This document shows positions 9,728 to 20,240 of a stretch of DNA of 64,000 nt, piece by piece. This DNA is from an uncultured archaeon (lineage in GTDB: Archaea > Asgardarchaeota > Lokiarchaeia > Sigyniarchaeales > SOKP01). The translations under genes were made by a program, and so were the position numbers. Under the pieces are notes generated by a model. It did not search any database and was not told the DNA's origin. It saw only the letters and a list, made by a program, of their open reading frames with translations. Every line of letters starts with the position of its first letter. Positions within the stretch are counted from its first letter, which is position 1. The DNA lies in NCBI GenBank assembly GCA_964486045.1, contig CAZALK010000005.1, positions 1-64,000 of the forward strand, in the 5' to 3' direction.

Positions 9728-10162
9728 TTATAGAATTTTTTCTAGAATTTCTGCTGAAGTTCTTATGAAATTGGGACATAAAGTGGTAAATAAATTATTT
9801 TCACTTGCAGAATTTAATCCTTCAGGAGTACTAATATCACAATCAAGTAAGTCATCACAGGTGCTTGATCCGTTAATTTCTGTAAATTCTTTGACAAATT
9901 TTTGAACTAGACTGGAAGTTTTTTCGGCAGCGGCATCATCCTCGATTGAATCTTTTCCATATTTTAATCCAATAACCATTAACGCTCCAGTAACTGCTCC
10001 ACATGTTTTTCCTAAAAGTCCCGTCCCACCTCCAGTTCCAGTTGCAAGTTTTAAGGCGATATCTCGGTTTAATCCAAATTCAACAGAAAAAGAAGAGAGA
10101 ATTGACTGGCTACAATTAAATCCATCTTGAAAACAAGAAACTGCCTGCTCTACTCTTGACAT
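9728..10162 (-). CDS. C-GCAxxG-C-C family putative redox-active protein
   Basis: FNCSQS, TCGAVTGA, STCDDLL and LCP cysteine pattern. Confidence 0.9.
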   Translation of the reverse strand: MSRVEQAVSCFQDGFNCSQSILSSFSVEFGLNRDIALKLATGTGGGTGLLGKTCGAVTGALMVIGLKYGKDSIEDDAAAEKTSSLVQKFVKEFTEINGSSTCDDLLDCDISTPEGLNSASENNLFTTLCPNFIRTSAEILEKIL

Positions 10163-10638
10163 GGCTTAAGATCACTAAATATTAGATAAGTCTTATAGTT
10201 CCTTTGTTATATAAAAAAAAACTAAGATAGAAGATAAATGATCATCAATCCATATTTAAATCTTGGGGAAAAAGATTTAATTTATGTGCAAAATCTGACA
10301 CATCAAATAAGTTTTATATACTAATGAGATATGATAATACAATAAAAATTATCTTTTGCAAGTTTAATCACTCACCTCTTTTGATTCTTATGCAAAAATA
10401 GACATAAATCAAGGGAAAAACCTATAAAATATTTGTTTAATTAAGGAATAAATTGAATAAAATGAGTAAATTGGAAAGTAACTCTTCTTACTTGAATCGG
10501 GCATTTTCTCTAAATAATTATGGTATGATTTACAAAAAAGAAAACATATTTTAATTAAAAGGCATTAGTAAACTACACTATTTAAGATTTTCAGTATCGA
10601 TGTTTCCCTTTGGGGAGAGTTGTAATCTATATATTATA

Positions 10639-11343
10639 TTAGATCAAATCAATAATCTCCGCGAAATTTTCAATTTTCTGACCATCCCATTCAACTTCAA
10701 CTAAACGATAGGGATCTAACTCGTTAGGATCACGAATCATAACAGCGTCCATACCTAACTCTGAAGCTCCCGATAGTTCATTACTATCACCATCTCCAAA
10801 GTAAAGGCATTCATTTGGTTTGATTCCCAATTGTTCACATGCTAGATTATATATTTGTGCGTCGGGTTTTTTCAAACCTACTGAAGCAGAGAATACAGTA
10901 ACGTCAAATAATGGAGAAAATTTAGTATTTTTCCAGAAGGAAGGTACTTCGGCAGAACAATTTGTAATTAATCCAATTTTGTATCCTAATCCTCTTAAGC
11001 TTTTTAAAATATCAACGGCTCCATTTTTAGGAGTTAAACCTTTGCGTGTGGTTTCTAGTCGGATCTGTTCACATTTCCTAATGTTTTCGTCTCTTACAGA
11101 TACTTTTAGTTTATTACAAATATATCCTATACTTTCTTCGGTGGTTTTAAAAATCCCAATCCCACGCTCGTAGGTTGTATCACGCCAAAGTTTTGTCCAA
11201 AGCTTTGAAAAATCTTCACCAGGTAATTCAAGAGCTGAAGTCATATCTATTAACAATCTATTATATCCTTGAACTGAATAACTATCGACAAGTGTACCAA
11301 ATAGATCAAAAATAATAGCCTTGTATTTCATAGGATCACACAC
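10639..11343 (-). CDS. HAD-superfamily hydrolase
   Basis: FDLFGTLVD, ITN, KP and FGDGDSNE motifs. Confidence 0.9.
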   Translation of the reverse strand: MCDPMKYKAIIFDLFGTLVDSYSVQGYNRLLIDMTSALELPGEDFSKLWTKLWRDTTYERGIGIFKTTEESIGYICNKLKVSVRDENIRKCEQIRLETTRKGLTPKNGAVDILKSLRGLGYKIGLITNCSAEVPSFWKNTKFSPLFDVTVFSASVGLKKPDAQIYNLACEQLGIKPNECLYFGDGDSNELSGASELGMDAVMIRDPNELDPYRLVEVEWDGQKIENFAEIIDLI

Positions 11344-11355
11344 TCATATCTTTCT

Positions 11356-12675
11356 TTAAGAAGGTAGTGCTGGAGCAATAGCATTATAAAATTCTCTTGC
11401 TGTATCAAGGCTTTCCATTACGAACTTTTTTCCAAAGGTGACAATAACGATATCCAAACTTGGAATCACAAAAATAAATCTACCATAAAAGCCAGTTGCC
11501 ATAAACATATCTTCGGGTGCGTTAGGTATCATTCTTCCCGTACCATTTTTGAACGGGCGGTTCCATTTCCCTAAAGAATTGTTTAGCCACACAAGATATC
11601 CATAACCACTATTAGCACTAAGGAAGCTAGGTTTTATCATTTCGCTTAAATATTGTTCTGATATAATTTGTTTACCATCCCATCTGCCTTTGTTTAGAAA
11701 TAATTGTCCCAGCTTTGCTGCATCTCTTGAGGAAATCTTCAATCCATATCCGATAGGAAGATCAGTCATATTAGCTACTCCTTCACCCCAAGAGTAATTA
11801 TGGACACCTAGGGGTTGGAAGAGATTAATTTGTGCAAATTCTTTTGAAGGTATTCCAGATGCTATTGTTATGATTTTACCAAGAGTATTCACTTCATCTT
11901 CACTATTATATTTGAAATTTGTTCCTGCGGGGTCGGTTTCAGAGGTATGAGTTAATAAATGTTTAATTTTTGAACCTGTTACGATTCCTTTTACAGGATT
12001 AGAAACCCAATCAGTAATAAGATCATCAACACTAAATAATCCTTTAGTTACAGCAACTCCAACAACCAGTGATGCTATAGTTTTGGTAACTGAGGCAATA
12101 TCATAATGCCATTGCATACGTGCTTCATAACTGCGCTGACCAAAATATTCTTCATAAACTAATACTCCATGTCGAATTACCACAAGACTATTGCGATTTA
12201 TATCAATTTCTTTAAATTTTTTAGCTGCTTGATCTAGAAGATCTGATCTCATTCCATGAAGCTCGGGTGCTTCTACGCTCCATTCTTCTTTTCCATTTTT
12301 TAATTCTTTATTATCAATCTCCTCAAGAAACTCAAGCAATACCGTAAATTTCATAAAATGAGAGCTGTCTCCCTGGTATTCTATTTCTTTTGATGTTAAA
12401 GCATTAAAGAAACTTCGAATGTCTAATTTTCCAGAAAATAATTTTTTAGCTAAATTATGGGTTATTTTTAAGGTAAAGTCTGAATCCTCTGCTTTCCCCT
12501 CAATATATTCTAATTTTAGACCCGAATTGAAAATATAAAAATAATTATCTTCATTCAAATCAAATTGGATAATTCCGTTCCATCCTTCTATTTCATCTAA
12601 TACAAGTTCAGATTTGTTGAACTTTTCTAATAAATTTTTAATAGTTGATACCAGATCCTTATTATCTTTTGACAT
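11356..12675 (-). CDS. SCP2 sterol-carrier domain + class C beta-lactamase-family serine hydrolase
   Basis: N-terminal IQFDL...DFTLKI...GKLD...GD (SCP2-like); SxxK motif ASVTK; KYNS; YGYLVW; ATGFYG. Confidence 0.8.
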   Translation of the reverse strand: MSKDNKDLVSTIKNLLEKFNKSELVLDEIEGWNGIIQFDLNEDNYFYIFNSGLKLEYIEGKAEDSDFTLKITHNLAKKLFSGKLDIRSFFNALTSKEIEYQGDSSHFMKFTVLLEFLEEIDNKELKNGKEEWSVEAPELHGMRSDLLDQAAKKFKEIDINRNSLVVIRHGVLVYEEYFGQRSYEARMQWHYDIASVTKTIASLVVGVAVTKGLFSVDDLITDWVSNPVKGIVTGSKIKHLLTHTSETDPAGTNFKYNSEDEVNTLGKIITIASGIPSKEFAQINLFQPLGVHNYSWGEGVANMTDLPIGYGLKISSRDAAKLGQLFLNKGRWDGKQIISEQYLSEMIKPSFLSANSGYGYLVWLNNSLGKWNRPFKNGTGRMIPNAPEDMFMATGFYGRFIFVIPSLDIVIVTFGKKFVMESLDTAREFYNAIAPALPS

Positions 12676-12723
12676 ACTTTAAGCATCCTGAATTTTAGAA
12701 TTAATAATATCTGTCTAAGTTTT

Positions 12724-13473
12724 TTATTTCTTTAATATTTGTGCTCTTTTATCTTTTGGTAATTTTTCACTTGCATATCTTAATATTAAACGTGGGAAGA
12801 TTCCTTTATTTTTCATTAAGTAGTTATAAATTATTTCAGGCTTATATTTTGAGCATGTCTTAAGTAACCATCCTATTCCTTTTTCGATATAGGGCTGTCC
12901 TCGATATTTAAGCATTTTTTCTACAATTTCAAATACATAACTCTCATCAAAATCTTTCTTTATCATTGTAAGTTTAAGGAGTATTACCATGGAAGCACGT
13001 CGAATCCACATGCTTTCAGAGTTAGACCACTCATCGACGGTTTTTTTTGCAAGAGATTCATTTCCTTTTTTACCTAAAAAAGGTCCTAATACTCTAACGC
13101 AAGTGCTATCACAGAGACTCCAGGTATGGCAGTATTGAGCGTATTCATTTCGAAATAAATCAATAGTTTCACTCGAAAATAGTTTTTTAAAATTGTTTAA
13201 GAAATGAAGACCAGCAAACTTTTCTTCTTCTATATTAGTTCTTATCAATATTTTGAATATTTCAATTGCTTCTTCATAAGAGCAACTAAACGCATTAAAA
13301 GTAGATTTTACTTTTTGCTCAAGTAATGCAAATTTTATCCCATAAATAACATAATCTTGTATATCTGGATTTAAAATCTTATAAATTCTTGTTTCCTGCG
13401 CATCAGTTAACACTGGGGTATTTTTTTTTAAGATTTTTTTTAATTCCTTAGAAATTTTTTCAACATTATTCAT
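12724..13473 (-). CDS. DNA alkylation repair protein (AlkD-like HEAT-repeat glycosylase family)
   Basis: WSLCD, WIRRAS, YIEKGIGWLLK and LRYASEKL motifs. Confidence 0.85.
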   Translation of the reverse strand: MNNVEKISKELKKILKKNTPVLTDAQETRIYKILNPDIQDYVIYGIKFALLEQKVKSTFNAFSCSYEEAIEIFKILIRTNIEEEKFAGLHFLNNFKKLFSSETIDLFRNEYAQYCHTWSLCDSTCVRVLGPFLGKKGNESLAKKTVDEWSNSESMWIRRASMVILLKLTMIKKDFDESYVFEIVEKMLKYRGQPYIEKGIGWLLKTCSKYKPEIIYNYLMKNKGIFPRLILRYASEKLPKDKRAQILKK

Positions 13474-13735
13474 AAAAATTTATCTAATCCTATTCTTTGT
13501 TTTACATCTTCAGTTTTATCTAAATAGGGTTTAACAAGATCAATAACTTCCTGCTTAAAATTTTGTAATTTAGATAACTCTCCTCTTTTGTAAACATCCA
13601 TGATTGATTCTTCTAAATTATTCAAGTTTAATCCTGCCCACATCATATTTCTGTTATGTTTTCCAGTCTTCAGGGATTCCGTATATTCTTTATTGACTAA
13701 CAACTCGGAAATTTTGTAATTCCACTTACGATAAT
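13405..13735. repeat. Direct repeat copy A (radical SAM 3' end plus alkD 5' start); copy B at about 25040-25372
   Basis: Long shared runs such as attattcataaaaatttatctaatcctattctttgtttta and ttttgtaattccacttacgata. Confidence 0.9.
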
Positions 13736-14078
13736 CAGAGGGGATCTTTGTCCTATAAACAGAGGAAGGCTGAATAGGCTCTATACCATTTCGTATCATC
13801 TGCTCTAGTCTTAAAACTTCCTGTTCAGCATTAGATAATGATATCCCTTCATGTGAAGAAGGTTTACCAGTAGAGCGATCTTCTTGAATTCCAAAAATTA
13901 GATCCCCACCAATAGTATTAATAAATGAGACAACACTTGCTAAAAATTTCTTTTTAGATTCATAAGTATTAGATGGGAGTTCACTTTTGTATTCAATAGT
14001 CTTACTTTCCAATTCTTCACTTACTATTAAATCTTCAATATCTTCTTCGGTTATAGTATCTAATTTTTTCCTTATCAT
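13470..14078 (-). pseudogene. In-frame chimera: N-terminal Schlafen/AlbA_2 domain (14078-13746) joined to the C-terminus of a radical SAM protein (13745-13470)
   Basis: ESKTIEYK...SFINTIGGDLIFGIQE, then IPSDYRKWNYKISE...IGLDKFL, nearly identical to the end of 25106-26254. Confidence 0.85.
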
Positions 14079-14229
14079 CGGGTAGATCTATATTTTTGCA
14101 ACTATATAAATTAAATTAAGAAATTATTTCTTAATCTTCTACTATTGTGTTGTATACAGCGTTAATTCTATTGCATTCGTCTTCTATGTACTCTCTTAGG
14201 GCGTAACAAAATTTCTAGAAAAATTGAAT

Positions 14230-15630
14230 TCAAGACTTAAATCCTTGAAGTGTTCTTAAAAGAAGTAAGGTGAAACTATAACTCATCTTAGCTTCCCTCT
14301 CTGGTACGCCTGTTATGTTGTCATGGCCAGAATCCCTTCTATTACGTATAGAGCCCACTAGATTTAGAGCAGATAATATTAGATGGTCGATTCCACCTTT
14401 GACACCTTTTACTGATTCTCTAAACAGCTTATCTTCTTGACTTCTAATAATACTAGTTAATTGAGAGAGATTTTTATCCTCATACTCCTTTTTGCTCTTT
14501 AAGAGAGCATTATAAAATCCTTCAATCGCTTTACAACTATAAAATGGAACATCATTCCAATCAGCATCTTTTAAGTTCTTTTGCGCTTTTCTTAAGTTTT
14601 TTGTAACTCTCGTATATTCTTCTAGAGTTTTAAAGGTGATTTTTTCTTCAATTTCTTCTAAAGTATTGCCCAACAACATTAATTTTCCATTAACTAAAGT
14701 CATCCATTCATTACCAAGTAATCTAAAGATCTCATTTATTTGATCTTCGAATTCTTTTGAAGTAAATATGTTTTCTTTAGTAAAATCTGTATGGTAGATA
14801 AAAAAAGTTTTCTGAAAAGATGATCTTAATGGAATTTCAATTTGAGCCTTCTGATTAACATCCTTTTCATTATATTCATATCTTTCTAATTTATTGATCA
14901 ACCTACCACGTTCTGAGAGATTTTTTGGAACTCTTCTATATTTGCTTCTTCTAATTGAAAATAAATTTGTGTTAATTTGTATCTGTTTTCGGATAGGTTT
15001 AAATAATGGTATGGGTGGTGGGCCTAATTTCTCTAACTCATTTTTGTATTTATCAATCACATTTTTTAATCGTTTTTCTTTTGTTTTTCTATACTGCTTA
15101 TAGGCTTCTATTATATTTTCTTTTCGGTTAATTTGTGCAATATAACCAGCATCCCATCCTCCGATTCCGTCCATTTTATGGATTTTGGTATACATTTTAT
15201 TTAACCAAGAGTTTAATTCTTTAAACTGATTATTAACCACGTATTTACGTTCCTGTTTTTTATAATTGACATTAGTTACGAGTTCTTCCAAATGCTTTAT
15301 TACTTTCTCTCTAATCCCATGTGTATCATCTCTATAAAAACCACTTCTTCTTCTACCAATACTATTTAACCAATCCGAATATATGATAAATCCTTCTCTG
15401 TGACTTTTTTCTATTAATCCACAGAATGGATATTCTAAGCCATAACTCTCTCCACCGATCCAAGGAATTTTATGAAAATCCACTTTTAGAGGATTAAAGG
15501 GATAACAAAGAAATATATTGTGAAACTTAACTTTAGCTTCTTTAATGTTTATCTTTTCAAAAGCTATTGGTTTAGTCCCATTGCTGATTTCTTTCCTCTT
15601 CTTCATAGTTTTTATTTTTATTTTTTTCAT
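14230..15630 (-). CDS. Hypothetical protein with C-terminal HEPN/Abi_C-like domain
   Basis: SCKAIEGFY...NLSQL...SIRNRRDSGH (R-x4-6-H). Confidence 0.65.
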   Translation of the reverse strand: MKKIKIKTMKKRKEISNGTKPIAFEKINIKEAKVKFHNIFLCYPFNPLKVDFHKIPWIGGESYGLEYPFCGLIEKSHREGFIIYSDWLNSIGRRRSGFYRDDTHGIREKVIKHLEELVTNVNYKKQERKYVVNNQFKELNSWLNKMYTKIHKMDGIGGWDAGYIAQINRKENIIEAYKQYRKTKEKRLKNVIDKYKNELEKLGPPPIPLFKPIRKQIQINTNLFSIRRSKYRRVPKNLSERGRLINKLERYEYNEKDVNQKAQIEIPLRSSFQKTFFIYHTDFTKENIFTSKEFEDQINEIFRLLGNEWMTLVNGKLMLLGNTLEEIEEKITFKTLEEYTRVTKNLRKAQKNLKDADWNDVPFYSCKAIEGFYNALLKSKKEYEDKNLSQLTSIIRSQEDKLFRESVKGVKGGIDHLILSALNLVGSIRNRRDSGHDNITGVPEREAKMSYSFTLLLLRTLQGFKS

Positions 15631-15691
15631 TTTTATAACTACTCTTGAAGGAATTGAATTTTCTATAAAAAAATTGGCTCAATATATAAGT

Positions 15692-18628
15692 CTATTTTTT
15701 TAAAACTTTGAAGATTACATTTGATCCATAATGATCTTCAATCTGAATTATATTATTTTGAATTAATTTGATTATTGATGCAATGAATTTGCGATACGAT
15801 ATTGAAAAAGTTTCTTGAATTTGGTTAATATCGGATATCTTTATAAATTTTTCAAACAAATTCTCTTTATTACCATTTGTTGTGTTGATAATTTTTAATA
15901 TTTCTTCGCATTCATTATCACTAAAGGAGATTGGGCAGAGTTTATCAGTTTTCTCTTGAGAATGAAATCGTGGAATTAATTCCGAATCATTAATTATTAT
16001 AGCATCAAGATTCAACATATTAATATATGATTTGTTTATTTTTTCAACAATTTCCTTAGTTTTAGATATATTTTGTTCTACCAATAATGCAATTTTCCCA
16101 ATTTCCTTATCTTCTCTATTATGCTTATCTAAATGACCTAAATTAGCAAAATTTTCCAATGTCTCCTTAATTAAAGAACGGTAAGCCTTACCAAAAAGAA
16201 TGGAAAAAGAATTTTTCCAAAGATAATTATCATCAATAATACTAGAATAAGCACTCCTAGTAAGATAATAAAGAGAGTTACCTGCACTAGATAATAAATT
16301 CCCGTATTGAATAACTTCTTTTTGCTTTATTTTCCTAATATAAATCTGTGTTTTTTTGGGTAAATATTCCTCCCAATTATTTTCATATTTTATAAACAAA
16401 ATATTGTAAATAAACTCCCTAAGGGTTGTTTCAATCAAATCATGGCATTTTTCTATAGAATTTTTGTACCGTTTCTCCGAGTAGAGTGCTCTGGCGGAAT
16501 TCAAAGCAATTTTTTCGTTATTGTTCAGATTTTTTGATCCAATAATCAGAATTTTATTGTATAGTATATGCTTGCCAATTTTAAAAACTAATGACTCATA
16601 AGCATCGATAAATAGCTTTAAAAATTGTGTATTAATTTTCTTATCATTAACATTTGGGTTCCATCTCTCTGTCCAATTAAAAAATTGCGTTAAAACTCGA
16701 TTATCTAACCATGTATATTTAAAAATTTTAAAAAGTAAAGATTGGCTATTAAACCTTAAGGGTTCTTTAGAAAGTGCATACAAGAACGTTAATAATTTTT
16801 CTATAATTTTATTCATTTCTTCGACTACATTTTCAGAAATGTAAAAATTGGATGTGGTTTCGATCTTATTAATAAGTGCGAAATAATCCTTCTGCGTTAA
16901 AACAATTAGTTTTTCAATCTGGTCTTCAATTTCAGGATTATTTTCTTTAAAGCGTTTTATTGTATTTAATATATTGATATATTCTGCTTCAGGACTTACT
17001 GGTTGTTGCTCTTCAGCAAATAACAGCTCAAAATAATGAATTGGGCGAAATTTTACTTTATTTTCAATCTCATTAAAAGTTTTATAAATAGCTGGGTGTA
17101 AAGCATAGGGTTTTATATCATTTTTCTTATATTTTTCGCTCTTAACAATAATATTTATTTTCTGTAAATAATTAAAGCATTGAGAATTTTTATGATAGAA
17201 TACATGGTCTTCAAAGAAGTATCCCATATCATACGTTGTAGAGACAGTTTTAAGAATTTTTAATAGTTTAGGCTTTTCATTTTGAAATTCTTTTTTAATT
17301 TGAACTAGATTATTATATAAGATTTTATTATTCTTTATTGCTTCAAATATATTGTTCAAGACATCTTCTTCCATAAATGGTTTAAGCTTTATTCTATTTT
17401 TAAAAATGAAACCATTTTGGAGAAAAAATTTTATCAATATTCTGAAATTTACATCGGTTGCTAGAGTTCTTTCAATTGAGGTTATTAACAGTTCTATTTC
17501 GTTATATTTAATAAATTGTCTCCCCTTCATTTCTGAAAATACAGCAAATCTCCTTTTTAGCATTTCATGCGCCTGTTTTATATTCAATGTATCCATTTTT
17601 TCTAATGTAAATATCGAACCAGAAAATTTCTTACTATTATTTATTTTATCTCGCCATTCTAATGATCCGGCAATAAAAATTGTTAAGGAAATCTCGTTCC
17701 TCCGATAAAACTCAAGTATATTTTGCAATTCAATTAGAAAATTTAAAGCTGTACTCTTGTGATCTTGAGACTTATGCAAACCATCTAAAAAAATGACAAA
17801 ACCTTGTTGTTTTCTATCACTTTTAACTCTTTCAAACAGAGATAAAATGCTATATTTACTAAATTTGCTTATATTTCCTCTTGGATCTGTTGAATATTTT
17901 GATATGTAGCTAGCTAATTCATTAAATAGTGATTCACTAAAATCTTGATGTAAAGAGGGCAGGGAGGATTTTGCATTTAAAATTATTCTAATTGGTTGGA
18001 TATTATTCAATAACAAATTATAACCCAAATAATCAAAAAACGTCGTTTTTCCACACCCAAAATCACCGTATATTACAATAGACTTGTTTAAAATCCATTT
18101 AGGGTTTTGTTCCAGAATCTCTATGTATTTGTTATAAATTTGAGTTTTCAACACTATCGTTTCATAGTTTTCTTTAGAGATTAAATATAATCCATCTTGA
18201 GAAGGAAAAGGATCTTCTTTTAAATCAATTTGCAAAAACCAATCAGGATCATCTTTTAAATAATGGTTTTGCACATATTCATGATTATAAAATGCTAGAT
18301 CATCATCAATATCAAACTCATTGCTGAAATATGAGTCTGAAATTGTATCTATCTCAAATTTCTCTAAATTATTAGTAATAAATCCATATTTTGAATAATA
18401 TTTATCAAATTCTTCTTTATTTTTTATTGTTCTTTGTTCAATTTGATGAATTAAAATAAATTTCATGATATCTTTCTTATAGATACTCACATTTGGATGG
18501 GGTAATTCCTTTTTTATCTCATTTTTTATTTTAGATATGAAACTATTGCTTAATTTCTCCTTATTCTCCATTGTGGGTATAAATTTTGGAATTACTATCT
18601 TAAATGCTTCTTTTTGTTGCTTTTCCAT
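15692..18628 (-). CDS. Large P-loop NTPase (STAND-like) with C-terminal Swt1-like HEPN domain
   Basis: Walker A GDFGCGKTT; Walker B VIFLDG; IETTLREFIYNIL...NWEEYLP...LWKNSFSILF. Confidence 0.7.
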   Translation of the reverse strand: MEKQQKEAFKIVIPKFIPTMENKEKLSNSFISKIKNEIKKELPHPNVSIYKKDIMKFILIHQIEQRTIKNKEEFDKYYSKYGFITNNLEKFEIDTISDSYFSNEFDIDDDLAFYNHEYVQNHYLKDDPDWFLQIDLKEDPFPSQDGLYLISKENYETIVLKTQIYNKYIEILEQNPKWILNKSIVIYGDFGCGKTTFFDYLGYNLLLNNIQPIRIILNAKSSLPSLHQDFSESLFNELASYISKYSTDPRGNISKFSKYSILSLFERVKSDRKQQGFVIFLDGLHKSQDHKSTALNFLIELQNILEFYRRNEISLTIFIAGSLEWRDKINNSKKFSGSIFTLEKMDTLNIKQAHEMLKRRFAVFSEMKGRQFIKYNEIELLITSIERTLATDVNFRILIKFFLQNGFIFKNRIKLKPFMEEDVLNNIFEAIKNNKILYNNLVQIKKEFQNEKPKLLKILKTVSTTYDMGYFFEDHVFYHKNSQCFNYLQKINIIVKSEKYKKNDIKPYALHPAIYKTFNEIENKVKFRPIHYFELLFAEEQQPVSPEAEYINILNTIKRFKENNPEIEDQIEKLIVLTQKDYFALINKIETTSNFYISENVVEEMNKIIEKLLTFLYALSKEPLRFNSQSLLFKIFKYTWLDNRVLTQFFNWTERWNPNVNDKKINTQFLKLFIDAYESLVFKIGKHILYNKILIIGSKNLNNNEKIALNSARALYSEKRYKNSIEKCHDLIETTLREFIYNILFIKYENNWEEYLPKKTQIYIRKIKQKEVIQYGNLLSSAGNSLYYLTRSAYSSIIDDNYLWKNSFSILFGKAYRSLIKETLENFANLGHLDKHNREDKEIGKIALLVEQNISKTKEIVEKINKSYINMLNLDAIIINDSELIPRFHSQEKTDKLCPISFSDNECEEILKIINTTNGNKENLFEKFIKISDINQIQETFSISYRKFIASIIKLIQNNIIQIEDHYGSNVIFKVLKK

Positions 18629-18925
18629 TATTAAAAATCTATGTTTTTAAAATTTAAATTTAATGATAATTATCAACCAAGAATGAAGACTTTGAAAACC
18701 CATTTTTTAAAGTCTAAATACATATCAATTAAAAGTGTGTATTATTCATTCGGATGAACTTATATTTCAAGGTGATAATTAAATATTATTTACATAAAAT
18801 TGATCTAGAAACCTATTTGGTAAAATTAAAAAGGTTTAAATAGAAAATATGAACTTAAACTCATCATAAGGAATTTTTTTGGGTTTTTAATTAAAAAAAG
18901 CTAAGAAAATAGGATTTTTATTCTA

Positions 18926-19617
18926 TTATATAGTTAATCGCTTTGATAATTCATCTGTTACTCTTTTAACCCTTCTATTCAAAAATTTTTCATAATCGTC
19001 AGTCCAAACACCAAAATCTGTCAAATCATCAATTAAATGTGTCTTCATTGATTCTTCTAAAGCAGAATTTGTCATAGTAAACTCCTTCATATATATTGAA
19101 GGCGCGTTATCTCTAATATCCTTTATATTTTCATTTTGATTAATATATGTTATGTTTATTATAGAATTTTTATTCCCTATACCTTTATTTTCTAGATAAT
19201 TTTTAGGAAAAAAATGATGATAATTACGACTATTAGATCTACGTAAATAGTCATTACCAAGTGAAACTTTTGTTCCATGTTTAAATGATTCTGGCACTTG
19301 TTGAGCATAAAGACATAGTATAGCTTTGCAAAAACTATTACCCGTGCTAAAATTTAATTGTTTTAATTCATCTTTATCTAAATGAACTTTTTTATCATAA
19401 GAGGGTTTTTTATTATTAAGAATTAAATCAATTCTTTCAGCATCACTCTTAAGTTTTGAGGTAGTAGCGCTACTAAACCTATAGGTTAAAGATGTATTCC
19501 AAAAATATTTTCTTAATAAATCAACCTGATTTTTATTAGGATTATTAAATTTATTTATATAGAAGAAGTAAGAGAATGGTACAAATAATGAATCATAAGG
19601 TAAAATTTCAGAAACAG
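18926..19617 (-). pseudogene. 3' remnant of a GmrSD-like (DUF262/DUF1524) nuclease
   Basis: Frame open to about 19640 (ILPYDSLFVPF...YFW...RFSSATTSKL); HHFFPK...NSIINIT...N HNH-like motif; 5' half absent. Confidence 0.75.
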
Positions 19618-19814
19618 TTGGTTTATTGATTATGGATATGATTGATTATGAAAAAAAATTCCTTTCAAAACTAAAGATTTAATAACAATTTCGCCTATTA
19701 GAAATGTACGCTTGTCACCCCCTTTTCTACGTTAGCATAAAATGCTCCAATGTATAAGTTATAGATGGTAATATATAAAGCAAACACTTGTTTAGTGTTT
19801 ATATTATATGAAAA

Positions 19815-20069
19815 TTAATCACTCGTTTTATCTTTTCGGCTTCTAATTATCAGAGCAAAAGAGTCAACAATAATATCCTTTAAATCATCACTTATAGGAA
19901 GTAGTAATAAATTCTGATATTTATCACAAAGACTATCAAAAATTTCTTTTGTACTTTTAAGCTCAGCTTTTTTAATAGCTTCTCCATATCTTAATTTTAT
20001 TTGTTTTCTTGTTTCCTTATTTAGGTCATCTTCAAAGCGATGCATTAAATTCTCAAAAAAATTAGACAT
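19815..20069 (-). CDS. Small hypothetical protein
   Basis: 84 aa ATG ORF preceded by SD-like GAGTGA. Confidence 0.6.
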   Translation of the reverse strand: MSNFFENLMHRFEDDLNKETRKQIKLRYGEAIKKAELKSTKEIFDSLCDKYQNLLLLPISDDLKDIIVDSFALIIRSRKDKTSD

Positions 20070-20185
20070 TAATTATTCACTCTTAAATTTAGCAAAAAAA
20101 CTTATCATTATAATTTTGTAATAAAACTGTTTTGATAATAAAAAATCCTTATAGACAATGAATTTATTGATTTTTTCTATTTTTT

Positions 20186-20211
20186 ATTCCCTCCCCCATG
20201 GTGCCCTCCTC
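20186..20211. repeat. GC-rich motif (ccctcc-n4-tggtgccc-tcct); second copy at about 21452-21479
   Basis: attccctcccccatggtgccctcctc versus ttctccctcctctgtggtgccccctcct. Confidence 0.7.
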
Positions 20212-20240
20212 ATTAGTTAGCGCTAAAATTAATTAATTTA

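Noticed and set aside
9728-10162. Selenoprotein form of the C-GCAxxG-C-C protein
   Set aside because: All motif positions are Cys codons; no in-frame TGA
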